The notes below the pieces were generated by a model. It was given only the letters and a program-made list of their open reading frames with translations. It had not been told where the DNA came from and made no database searches. Positions 17,075 through 26,135 of a stretch of DNA of 64,000 bases are shown piece after piece. Numbering within the stretch: position 1 is the first letter of the stretch; the number at the start of each line of letters is the position of its first letter. The translations under genes were made by a program, and so were the position numbers. Source of the stretch: a virus; IMG/VR virus record IMGVR_UViG_3300002038_000006, positions 119,480 to 183,479 of that record; one strand, written 5' to 3'.

Positions 17075-19246
17075 TTAACAGTAAACCACTTCTGCGTCAG
17101 GATGAGCAGCTAGGAATCTATCCGTAGCAGTCTTCTTAACGTAACTAGGTTTAACATTAGCCTTAGCTTCCTCAGCATCCTTAACCAACTCATCGTAGGT
17201 TAATGGGACACCACCGTCGTCCTGACTGATTGCAACAAGGTACTTCAGACTCTGCTCCAGACGCACTCTAGAGAACGCATCAGTAATAGTAGACAATTGG
17301 TCCTTAAGTCGGTCAATCTCGTCTCTGAGTTCTTTCTGTTCTTCCTGAGCCATGATTTGCTGCTCAGTAAGTTTGTGTCCATCCTTACCAGCAAGACGCA
17401 TACAATCACGAGGGTCGATACCGTAATATTGTAAGTTCTTAGCTTTCATGATAAACCATCCAGCAAGTAACCAAGAGATAACCATATCATCGTGTCCAGA
17501 TGAAGTGTGGTCAATGCGACCATTCTTAACAACTAGAGACCTGATTTGGTCAGACAGTACTTTACAACAAACAGAACCACCAGCTCTCTTAGCGAGTTCA
17601 GGTAGAATGTTGACGTATAGTTCCTTACGAGACTCAGCAGTTGTAACGAAACCAAACTTAGTTTTGATTGATTCGTAGAAGAAACTAGAACGACTAGCTA
17701 GAGGCGTATTTAACATAGCCTGTAACTTAGTGTTACCCTTCGCTTCATTAACCACTGTGTTGTATATACGAGTGAACGGGTCAATACCGTATTTAGGCAA
17801 TTCGATGAGGAGGGTCTCAAGGAATGTAATACCGGATGACTTACGTTCGATGTTGATAGTGATGTTTCTGTACTTAACCATCAACTCAACAACATACAAG
17901 GCAAGGGATAGAATATAGGATTCATTAACAGCAGCTGTAGCAACAACAGACATATCAGTAATGTCCATCAATACTAAACCAGTGTCATCTCGTCCAACCA
18001 ATTCTGACGTATCCATTCCGAGTACGAAATTACCATTCGCCATACGTTCTTCAATTTCATCTTCGTCAATGAGCCAGTTGAACAAGTATCCATCTTTAGA
18101 AAGCGACATGTGGTCGTATTCTCTTTCAGATTCTTTAATCAGGTCATTTAACTTAGGTGATAGAGGTGAACGCAATGTACCAGATGTCCATACGTTGAAG
18201 AAGTCACGGTCGGCTTCATCCCCCACAGCATTGGTGTTAGCAAGTACTTCTCTTAACCATTTATCATCCTTACCAACCTGACGGTGAGAGAATGTTCCAT
18301 TGATTAGAGGTTTCTTACCCTTAGAGTTCTTCAGTACGACTTTGGCGAGTTCTTTCTTGTTCTCTAGGTCAAAGTACTTCTCAGACCAGATAGCTCCACC
18401 ATGAATGATGTCGTACATGTATTTACCATCACGGTCATCTTTCTTACCAGCAGTTGTGGTGAAAATGTTTCCGTAAGGCATCCCATTTATTTCAGCTTCT
18501 TCACGTGCCGCAGTACCTGATGCAAGTAGGGCAGGAATGATTGTACCAATGAACTTAATGAATGGACCCTCATCGATGTGGATTATTGGAGAAGTCAATC
18601 CACGACCAACGTTAAGTGCAGCTGCTTCTGAAGACTGGGCAACTGAAGTTAAGTATTTGTTACCACGTTCATTATAAGTAACTTGCTGTTGGTTATCGGC
18701 ATCGTTACGGTTAATAGAAAGATAAGGTGGTAAAAGGTTGATGATGTTCTTGATACGTTCAACGTTGGCAACACGTAGACCATTATCTTTAGTCAACATG
18801 TTAATCTTAGAGTTCCATAGAACGAATAGCTCTAGGTACACAATCAAGAAATCTGTTCCGAGAGACTTACCTAACTGACGAGGCATGATTAACGCAAAGT
18901 CAATGTTATTAAAGAAAGACCAATACAAAGCAATGTTCGCACGGTTCAATCTATATTGGTTAGGTTTCAAACCAGCCTGTGCAGGTACTCTGGCAATCTC
19001 TCTAAAGAAATACCAAGGGTTGTACTGACACTCTTGAGCAATCATTACCTGTTGTCTTTCAGTTAATGTTTTAGAGTAAGGGTCAACACCTTGTAATTCA
19101 GGTTGTAGTAGTAACAATGGGAAGTAACAATTGTCCACTCCCATTGAGCGATACAGACCTACTAAATTCAGGGCTGACTGATTACTTGTCTTAGTATCAA
19201 TCATTGCCCCGGGATATCGCTGATAATCCTCTTTAAATAGAATCAT
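17075..19246 (-). CDS. terL: Terminase large subunit (phiKZ gp25-like)
   Basis: NPWYFFRE, PRQLGKS Walker A, IHIDE Walker B, TTTAG, GMDTS RNase H Asp, HDDMVISW. Confidence 0.93.
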   Translation of the reverse strand: MILFKEDYQRYPGAMIDTKTSNQSALNLVGLYRSMGVDNCYFPLLLLQPELQGVDPYSKTLTERQQVMIAQECQYNPWYFFREIARVPAQAGLKPNQYRLNRANIALYWSFFNNIDFALIMPRQLGKSLGTDFLIVYLELFVLWNSKINMLTKDNGLRVANVERIKNIINLLPPYLSINRNDADNQQQVTYNERGNKYLTSVAQSSEAAALNVGRGLTSPIIHIDEGPFIKFIGTIIPALLASGTAAREEAEINGMPYGNIFTTTAGKKDDRDGKYMYDIIHGGAIWSEKYFDLENKKELAKVVLKNSKGKKPLINGTFSHRQVGKDDKWLREVLANTNAVGDEADRDFFNVWTSGTLRSPLSPKLNDLIKESEREYDHMSLSKDGYLFNWLIDEDEIEERMANGNFVLGMDTSELVGRDDTGLVLMDITDMSVVATAAVNESYILSLALYVVELMVKYRNITINIERKSSGITFLETLLIELPKYGIDPFTRIYNTVVNEAKGNTKLQAMLNTPLASRSSFFYESIKTKFGFVTTAESRKELYVNILPELAKRAGGSVCCKVLSDQIRSLVVKNGRIDHTSSGHDDMVISWLLAGWFIMKAKNLQYYGIDPRDCMRLAGKDGHKLTEQQIMAQEEQKELRDEIDRLKDQLSTITDAFSRVRLEQSLKYLVAISQDDGGVPLTYDELVKDAEEAKANVKPSYVKKTATDRFLAAHPDAEVVYC

Positions 19247-19255
19247 GGTGAATCC

Positions 19256-19945
19256 TTAGCTGGTGACTAGTTCGTCTTCCAGTATCTTAACTTCAAATGG
19301 CAACTGTCGTCCGTAAGGAATAATTATCATTCGATAAAACATTCTCATTAAGGCAACTTGTTCAGGTTCAACATCCCTCTCGATTAAATCAAGAATTCTA
19401 TCGTGTTCACGCTTAAGGTCTTCGTCGGTGTACATAGTAGCATAAGCTTCTAGCTCCCAAGGAAGCTTGTACTGCGATTCTAAGTCACGACCATAAGTTA
19501 GGTAGTCTGGTTTAGGTTCACCCATCCAGTGACGTTTAAGACCGATACGAGTATCCAATCCCTCACGTACTTGTTTAACGTGCACCATCTCATGTCTAAA
19601 TACTGACAGACTAAATGTTTCTTTCTGTAAGAACATGATAGGTCTACCATCAAGTAGAATATGTACTGACCCACCAATTACATCTAACTCTTCGTCATCT
19701 ATAAGAACCCCACCTTTTAAGATAACTCTTTTTATTTCACTGAAAGGTACGAGGCAGAATACAATACCTTCTACAGCGTCCCACAGATTATACATATCGA
19801 AGAACTTAGTAAGTCCTGCAATAGTTTCTGGGTCATGCGGGAGATTAACTAACTCCTCAACATTCTCTTCGGATAAGCCAAAGAAATCAAATGTTCCCTG
19901 TTCCTTACGGAGTAGGTCTGGAGTAGCTAGGTTAAGTCGGGTCAT
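19256..19945 (-). CDS. HExxH zinc-metallopeptidase-like protein
   Basis: FRHEMVHVKQ...LPWELEAY. Confidence 0.65.
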   Translation of the reverse strand: MTRLNLATPDLLRKEQGTFDFFGLSEENVEELVNLPHDPETIAGLTKFFDMYNLWDAVEGIVFCLVPFSEIKRVILKGGVLIDDEELDVIGGSVHILLDGRPIMFLQKETFSLSVFRHEMVHVKQVREGLDTRIGLKRHWMGEPKPDYLTYGRDLESQYKLPWELEAYATMYTDEDLKREHDRILDLIERDVEPEQVALMRMFYRMIIIPYGRQLPFEVKILEDELVTS

Positions 19946-19992
19946 AGGGTTCTCTTATTATTATTTAAAAAATGGCACTAATTCATATAAAG

Positions 19993-20070
19993 ACAAAAAA
20001 AGAAAGGGCTTGCGCCCCGTCTTTCTTTTGTTTCCCGTCGGAAACTGTTTCATGCAAACTGAAGGATGTT
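19993..20070 (-). ncRNA. Candidate ~75-nt small RNA
   Basis: Promoter-like motif at 20071-20100 followed within 80 nt by a GGGC-GCAA-GCCC hairpin + U-tract; no RBS-led ORF. Confidence 0.3.
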
Positions 20071-20099
20071 TACATATATATTAAGGTGCGTGTTATTTT

Positions 20100-20609
20100 T
20101 TATCCAGCCGCAGAAAGTACACCAGCTACGAAAGTATTGGTTTCCTTATCCCCAATGTTAACATAACCTGTAGCCAACCTGTCCTTGTAACCAGACGGTT
20201 CGTTTATTTCGTTATGTCGCATTTGGTCGACTATAAACGCTAGTGCGAATATATCTACTCTAAAGTCAAGTCGTCTAGCTTCTGAAATCAGCAAATCTTC
20301 AAACTCAGCTATAGTCCAGTTCTGGGTTAACTCTACGGCAGATAGATGATGTAACTTAGACAAGTCATCTACATCTTCAATTGGTTTGTTAGTACCATCT
20401 TCCATAACCAAGTGTAGACTTTGCCAATTAACATGTTGCTCAATTGTTAACACCGGACTTTTCAAAGGAGCTGTTCTATACATCAAAGCCACACCAGCTT
20501 TGCTTTCGTAGAAGAACCCCTGACCATGCATCTTAGTCATGTCCGTAATGATAACACCATCTGCATGTGGCTTACCGCCTTTTAGACCATTGTCGTTATT
20601 GTCCGACAT
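20100..20609 (-). CDS. Hypothetical protein
   Basis: 169-aa ORF with RBS. Confidence 0.7.
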   Translation of the reverse strand: MSDNNDNGLKGGKPHADGVIITDMTKMHGQGFFYESKAGVALMYRTAPLKSPVLTIEQHVNWQSLHLVMEDGTNKPIEDVDDLSKLHHLSAVELTQNWTIAEFEDLLISEARRLDFRVDIFALAFIVDQMRHNEINEPSGYKDRLATGYVNIGDKETNTFVAGVLSAAG

Positions 20610-21216
20610 GTTTATCCCCTAAGTAGTCGAATGAAGTAATGCTTGTAAATGTACGATGCGGATATGATTCTTTAGAAGTTATTCTACAAGCACCACGAAC
20701 ACCGAACGATGGTTTCTCTGCACCTATTAACACATCATGATATTTACCATCCACCATGCGGATATAGATGTAGACCATATCGTCAATCACTTCGATATCC
20801 ATTACTTCGTGAGATACCTTATCTAAATCGACAGTGTTACTACGCTCAAGTTTTTGGTCTTGAGGAAGTTCTTCAATTTCCATCTGGGGAGAACCATACT
20901 CTCCAAATAGATTGCTTCTTCTAATACGTTCTTTGACTGCGTCCACCATAGTCATGTCGTATAGGTAACCGCTGTGGTTGGGTTCGGTAGTGCTACCCAT
21001 ACAAACCTTTAACACTGGTTCAATGGCGGCCTTAGAATTGTTTACAGCAGGAACACGTGGTATCTCTACCAACTTGTCCTCTTGCTCAATAGTCATAGAC
21101 TGTATACGTAGACCAGACAGTGTAGGAAATAATCTCCCAACTATCTCTTTTCTCTCTTCTACCGAAAGTCCCCAAAATGAAACTGTTGTTTTATTTGTAT
21201 TGTTCATTGTTGCCAA
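20596..21216 (-). CDS. Prohead-protease paralog lacking catalytic residues
   Basis: PNHSGYLY, LFGEYGSP, VSHEV, FGVRG, ITSFD align with PNSVGDIY, GECGHP, VSFHI, FSVRS, LVTWD of 37082-37840. Confidence 0.7.
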   Translation of the reverse strand: MATMNNTNKTTVSFWGLSVEERKEIVGRLFPTLSGLRIQSMTIEQEDKLVEIPRVPAVNNSKAAIEPVLKVCMGSTTEPNHSGYLYDMTMVDAVKERIRRSNLFGEYGSPQMEIEELPQDQKLERSNTVDLDKVSHEVMDIEVIDDMVYIYIRMVDGKYHDVLIGAEKPSFGVRGACRITSKESYPHRTFTSITSFDYLGDKHVGQ

Positions 21217-21548
21217 CCTATAAGTTGTATGTATAAAGTAGAAAGGTCTATCGCTAGATAGTCCCAGATTTTATCAGTGTATGCTTTCAGGTCTTCTTTT
21301 ATTAACTGTCCCGCATAACTAACGTCGAACTCGTGGGGTAAGTCATTAACTAACTCTTCCCCTAAAATGATAAGATATACCCTGTCGTCTAAACTAGCCA
21401 TGAATGGTAGTCTTCCAGCAGAGATGTTCTCCTTAAAGAAATATCCATCTACCTTGTAGCCCGGAGGACTCAGAGGGTAGACTTCAATTAAATTACCTAA
21501 CCCCTCCGGATGTTTCTCCAGTAGATTAGGTATACCGTACCTAGACAT
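21204..21548 (-). CDS. Hypothetical protein
   Basis: Tightly packed ORF. Confidence 0.65.
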   Translation of the reverse strand: MSRYGIPNLLEKHPEGLGNLIEVYPLSPPGYKVDGYFFKENISAGRLPFMASLDDRVYLIILGEELVNDLPHEFDVSYAGQLIKEDLKAYTDKIWDYLAIDLSTLYIQLIGWQQ

Positions 21549-21549
21549 A

Positions 21550-21750
21550 TTACGCCCCTATGAAGTAGGACTTTACCTGATACCCTATAAACCCTACAAG
21601 GATACCAAAGATAAAGATAGCTCTAATCCAATCGGTAATTGTCATTTTAGTACTTGGTACGTGATGATTTTGACCATTACAGAAAGGTTCCATAATAGAA
21701 GTACATCCGTTATTTTTATTCCAGTCTTCACAGCTATTACAAGACATCAC
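21550..21750 (-). CDS. Small Cys-rich membrane protein
   Basis: N-terminal CNSC..C..C, C-terminal transmembrane segment. Confidence 0.6.
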   Translation of the reverse strand: MMSCNSCEDWNKNNGCTSIMEPFCNGQNHHVPSTKMTITDWIRAIFIFGILVGFIGYQVKSYFIGA

Positions 21751-22049
21751 GTATTACCTGCTCTGAATTGTAGGTAGTCGCCTTCTGGAACTTCGTTAAG
21801 GTTAGTAATGACCAATGAGTCACCTAACGGTTTAAACGAATTAGTAGCGTCGGACCTATTCACTTCTTGAGGCATCCATTTGTCAAGTCCGCCTTCTTCA
21901 AGTGCGAAGTTTAACGTCTCAAGTGCATGTAGGTTATTCACATAACCCCTAGATTTATACGGTACTGTAAAACATACTGGGATAGGGATTCCACCTAGTC
22001 CATGTATAAACAATACCTGTACGGTTAAAATGAAATATCTTTCTTCCAT
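21747..22049 (-). CDS. Hypothetical protein
   Basis: Coupled ORF. Confidence 0.65.
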   Translation of the reverse strand: MEERYFILTVQVLFIHGLGGIPIPVCFTVPYKSRGYVNNLHALETLNFALEEGGLDKWMPQEVNRSDATNSFKPLGDSLVITNLNEVPEGDYLQFRAGNT

Positions 22050-23221
22050 TACTCACTCTCCTCTTCAGGATGGTCTCTATAATAGGTCACATCATCAAAT
22101 TGTTTATGGTACTCAACAGCCCAACGACCTGCGGCTACTTCCATCGCTACGTCATGTATGTACCAATCATTAGCATTGGCAAGTCTACGAAATAGTTCAG
22201 GATGATAGTTATGGTCAATACGTGGACAGTCCACCTTTAACTTAGGTACATCGTACATGTCAACACCCAAATCATGTAAACCTTGAACAGTACCGTCTGG
22301 AAACAGTACGTACAAATCATACCACTTGCCATAGTTCTCAGCAGTCAGTATTGGTTTATCCGATGGAGTCTGACACAGTAACATCATACCACGTTTAGAT
22401 TCGTACGGACCTGCCTTAGTTAGAACCACTTCTTCACCATTAGGTAATTCAGTAGATACCGTACCAAGTTCATGATTGACCTTAAGTGGTATAGTACCAT
22501 TGTCAGCCAAGCGTCGTTTCGGTACGGTGAGATTGAGTATACCTTCCCCATCAGCCACTCGGTCACCTGTTAGAATAACTTCACTTTCCATTCGGTTAAG
22601 TAAATGTTGGGTAGCTTTCATACCAGCACCGGCGTCTCCAATAATTACAGTATTAGGATGTTTGATTTCTCTAGCCGTAATTACATCTATTGGGTTATCC
22701 CTAGCAATCTGTCTAGCGCGTTCAATCATACTGGTTTCGATAGGACATTTATAGTCACCGTCTCGAAGTACTATAGAATCATCGCCCGCTAAGAAAGCTA
22801 AGTGTTTGGTAACAAAGCTTGCCAGTTCACACACAGGTTTAATCTCTCTCATTATAGTATCGTAACTAAACTCATAGCCGTTACGTACAACGCACAGAGA
22901 CACTATCTTTACATTGTTACGTTCACATTCAGTAACCAATGCTTTAACTACCTGACTCTTATATAGCGGGTGTGCTCCAGTACAGTCAATTATACCGGGA
23001 ACTTTCTGTAAGAACCTAGTAACTAAAATGGTACGGTCTTTAGATTCTTGCACCAACATCATTAGTCTACTATAGTCGTTATCGTTGGCCACTTCAGTAA
23101 TAGTCTCTGCTGGACATATACTAGCCAGATTACTAAGGTGACTAGCATATTGTGCTTCATGACATACTACTTGAACTATGCCCTTTTCAACGCGGTCTAT
23201 CTTCTTTAGATAATTTAACAT
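22049..23221 (-). CDS. Hypothetical multi-domain protein
   Basis: 390-aa ORF; internal VIIGDAGAGMK P-loop-like remnant. Confidence 0.7.
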   Translation of the reverse strand: MLNYLKKIDRVEKGIVQVVCHEAQYASHLSNLASICPAETITEVANDNDYSRLMMLVQESKDRTILVTRFLQKVPGIIDCTGAHPLYKSQVVKALVTECERNNVKIVSLCVVRNGYEFSYDTIMREIKPVCELASFVTKHLAFLAGDDSIVLRDGDYKCPIETSMIERARQIARDNPIDVITAREIKHPNTVIIGDAGAGMKATQHLLNRMESEVILTGDRVADGEGILNLTVPKRRLADNGTIPLKVNHELGTVSTELPNGEEVVLTKAGPYESKRGMMLLCQTPSDKPILTAENYGKWYDLYVLFPDGTVQGLHDLGVDMYDVPKLKVDCPRIDHNYHPELFRRLANANDWYIHDVAMEVAAGRWAVEYHKQFDDVTYYRDHPEEESE

Positions 23222-23225
23222 TTAC

Positions 23226-23927
23226 TTATCCTTTTAATTTAAGTATACGAATATCTTCTTCTTCCAAGAATGTTTCTGCTATTTCAATAGTATCCACTCT
23301 CCATTCTTCCGGACAGTATAGTGTACCTTGAGAAACGAAACATCCACCACGGTCACTATCCTTTTCAATTGGCACATAAGCCCAAGGATTGTTACGTACT
23401 AAGCCATCGTACTTGGTCATGGTTTCTCTATCCATCTCCAACTTAATCAATGACTTCTTTTCTTTACCTTGACACCAAGGATAACGAATACAGATTATGT
23501 TCCAGTTATATCCTGAAACTAAAGCTTCATAACCGTCTTCTTGTATAACCCAAGTGTTCTTAACCTTAGCAGTACGTTCACGTATATGTTCATCCCATAC
23601 TTGCTGTACTTTCATTGCAGTATAGACGATTTCCTTTACACGCCAGTGGGATATCTCTTTAGGTGCGGCCTCTATACGCATACCCAACGCTTGATTGATT
23701 AAGTTAACCATTTCCATTAGGTAGGACTCTACCTGCTTAGGAGCTTCTTTAAGCCATACTTCCAAGCCATGTTCTTTGGCGTTCTTTAACTCTGTACTGA
23801 AATAGTTATCAACGAAAGAGATTAGTCCCTCTTTCTTTAATCCTAAATCAATAGCCATTTGACCAATCAATACTTTACGAGTGAATGGGTCTATTACAAT
23901 TTTGTGTTCTGGTGTAAATGGGAACAT
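23226..23927 (-). CDS. Hypothetical protein
   Basis: 233-aa ORF with AAGGA RBS. Confidence 0.7.
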   Translation of the reverse strand: MFPFTPEHKIVIDPFTRKVLIGQMAIDLGLKKEGLISFVDNYFSTELKNAKEHGLEVWLKEAPKQVESYLMEMVNLINQALGMRIEAAPKEISHWRVKEIVYTAMKVQQVWDEHIRERTAKVKNTWVIQEDGYEALVSGYNWNIICIRYPWCQGKEKKSLIKLEMDRETMTKYDGLVRNNPWAYVPIEKDSDRGGCFVSQGTLYCPEEWRVDTIEIAETFLEEEDIRILKLKG

Positions 23928-23957
23928 TATCTTTTCCTTTTATTCTTTAAAGATTTG

Positions 23958-24251
23958 TTAGTGACCGTAATTAAAACCAATCCAAAAACTATTGCCAGTC
24001 TTCTCATTGGTTATCATTTTATCTATCGTACCACAACAACCACCTTTCATGGCTTTGATGTAGTCTTTAGTTTTACCACCGCCCTCTAAGGTAATGTCTA
24101 CTCTACAGTTGTCAATACAACCGTCGTTAATCTTACCGTACAACTTACTTAACTTATTACAAAGCCAAGCGAAGTCTTGTTTGTTATCCACAACAGGTTT
24201 AACTAAGTGCCCGTATAATCTGGAATTGTAAGTACCTCTACCCATAGTCAC
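23958..24251 (-). CDS. Hypothetical protein
   Basis: C.DNCR..GCCG..D..WIGFNYGH motif. Confidence 0.7.
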   Translation of the reverse strand: MTMGRGTYNSRLYGHLVKPVVDNKQDFAWLCNKLSKLYGKINDGCIDNCRVDITLEGGGKTKDYIKAMKGGCCGTIDKMITNEKTGNSFWIGFNYGH

Positions 24252-24394
24252 CCCCCTAGTTGAAAGGCCTTAACTACCAGCCATAAAAAAATCCATACTA
24301 AAGCTACCGTCTCCAATAACCCATAGATGTGTTTACCAATAGGGTCATCTAAGAAACCCTGACGCATGTCTTTTAACCAACCAAATACATTCAT
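24248..24394 (-). CDS. Small membrane protein (48 aa)
   Basis: Manual ORF MNVFGWLKDMRQGF...LVWIFLWLVVKAFQLGG, AGGA RBS. Confidence 0.55.
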   Translation of the reverse strand: MNVFGWLKDMRQGFLDDPIGKHIYGLLETVALVWIFLWLVVKAFQLGG

Positions 24395-24423
24395 GTTGTT
24401 TTCCTATTGTGGAACTACAATAA

Positions 24424-24445
24424 GATTATATATGTCTGTAAAAAT
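24424..24445 (-). promoter_or_regulatory. Early-type promoter motif
   Basis: ATTTTTACAGACATATATAATC. Confidence 0.5.
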
Positions 24446-24495
24446 CTGACTTGCGACATAAGCGAGCGGTTGCCCGCCCACCTATTATTTTCAGT

Positions 24496-26130
24496 CTATA
24501 CTGACTTAACCATCAGACCAGAGACACCTAGATATAAATCTTCATGTTCTGTTTCAATAATCCAAATAACTTGGACTAATGCACCTGTGTGTAAGTTGAC
24601 ACCGAAGTTCAATGTATCCGACCAACTATTGATTGGATAACGCTTACGCTCTGTACCTACTACCACATCGAAGTGTGTAGGGTTAGGAGTAGCAGATTCT
24701 ACTTCTTTGTCGTACAGTGGAACGATTGGTCTAAATACTTTAGCCAACCAGTCATCAACTGATGTACTGTCAGACGCTAATGTAAACGCGTAATCACTAA
24801 CAGTTACCAAACGTTGCTCGGCGTAGATATCTTCACCGTAAGCTTGTTCACCTGCGTCGTCGTAATGAACTAACCATGATGCACTATTAGAAATGCGTGG
24901 TTGTCCAAACAATACCAACTTGATACTTTGTACATGACGATATGGCGCGTAAGAACCATCTACTTCATCTAAACGGATTGATACTGTAAACGTTTGCTCA
25001 ACACCCCAGAGGGTAGGATTAAACGATGCAACAGCTCCATCGCCGTAAGTGACAAGATTAGTTACTTCAACTATTTCATCACGTGACAAGTTAGCCAAGT
25101 AGTAACGAGGTATCCACATGTTACCATCCCAATCAGGATATACGAATAACTTGAGGTTGTACTCATGTTTCGCTGGCAATGTGTGGATGGTATACTTCTC
25201 AGTAATGTGATTACTACCGGTTGAAGACTGTGACGTTGAAACTTCATTATCGCTAAGAAGATAACTCAACACTAAAGGATGGTTATAATCAGGAACAGAA
25301 GCAACGTAGTTGTCTAAACCGTAAACGCTGAAACGAGTGCCGTCAACTGGATAAGGTATACGCTGACCGTTGTTGTAAGATACTTCAGCCATTAGACCTA
25401 GTGAGCTTACAGGTAGGTTGACAGGAACATCTAGGACGTTACCATCGGAACGCATCCAAGGAGACTTAAGTTCGATACCCGTAACGTATCGTGCACTGTT
25501 AAGACCTTTGTTCGAAAGAGAACTATCAACAGCAACCAACTTAGTAGTAGATATCTGACCGCCTTGTTCATTATAAACAACAGCTGTAACGATAGCACCA
25601 GCAGCGATAGTATGGGTAGTGTGTGACTGTACCGGAACAAACGCAGTATCAACATTTGGCTCACCTACCTGAATTGCTTCAAGTAAGACTCGGTCGTTAA
25701 CGTACTGTCCAGCACCATCGTACTGTTTAGATATTATTACATCAACTTCTTCGTCGTGGTAACCAAGGTAGTATTTAACATGGTCTGCATCTTTACGATA
25801 CATACGTAACTTAGCGTCTGGTACAAGAGTAGCAGGAGTAACTGAGTTATCAACGTGTAATACATAGAACTCTTCAGGAGAGTGTCCACCATTACCAATC
25901 AACATGTCTAAACCACTTGCGTCGGCATTCTGGTTAGGTGAAGACCATGGGTCAAGCACTGATTCACCAGTATCGACATTGAGGCTGATACAACGCATCG
26001 GGCCATGAACCCAACTCCATATCAAGTCATCAACGTTAGGACAAATCTGACCCGTAGGATAGATGTCCTTTTCAGCCCAAACAGTGAAACCTCTGTTCAG
26101 GTCAATTATAGGTCGTGTAGCTAAGGTCAT
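24496..26130 (-). CDS. Virion structural protein (phiKZ gp26-like)
   Basis: RGFTVW..DIY..PNVDD, YNLKLFVYPDW, PNPTHF; synteny. Confidence 0.8.
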   Translation of the reverse strand: MTLATRPIIDLNRGFTVWAEKDIYPTGQICPNVDDLIWSWVHGPMRCISLNVDTGESVLDPWSSPNQNADASGLDMLIGNGGHSPEEFYVLHVDNSVTPATLVPDAKLRMYRKDADHVKYYLGYHDEEVDVIISKQYDGAGQYVNDRVLLEAIQVGEPNVDTAFVPVQSHTTHTIAAGAIVTAVVYNEQGGQISTTKLVAVDSSLSNKGLNSARYVTGIELKSPWMRSDGNVLDVPVNLPVSSLGLMAEVSYNNGQRIPYPVDGTRFSVYGLDNYVASVPDYNHPLVLSYLLSDNEVSTSQSSTGSNHITEKYTIHTLPAKHEYNLKLFVYPDWDGNMWIPRYYLANLSRDEIVEVTNLVTYGDGAVASFNPTLWGVEQTFTVSIRLDEVDGSYAPYRHVQSIKLVLFGQPRISNSASWLVHYDDAGEQAYGEDIYAEQRLVTVSDYAFTLASDSTSVDDWLAKVFRPIVPLYDKEVESATPNPTHFDVVVGTERKRYPINSWSDTLNFGVNLHTGALVQVIWIIETEHEDLYLGVSGLMVKSV

Positions 26131-26135
26131 TAGTA

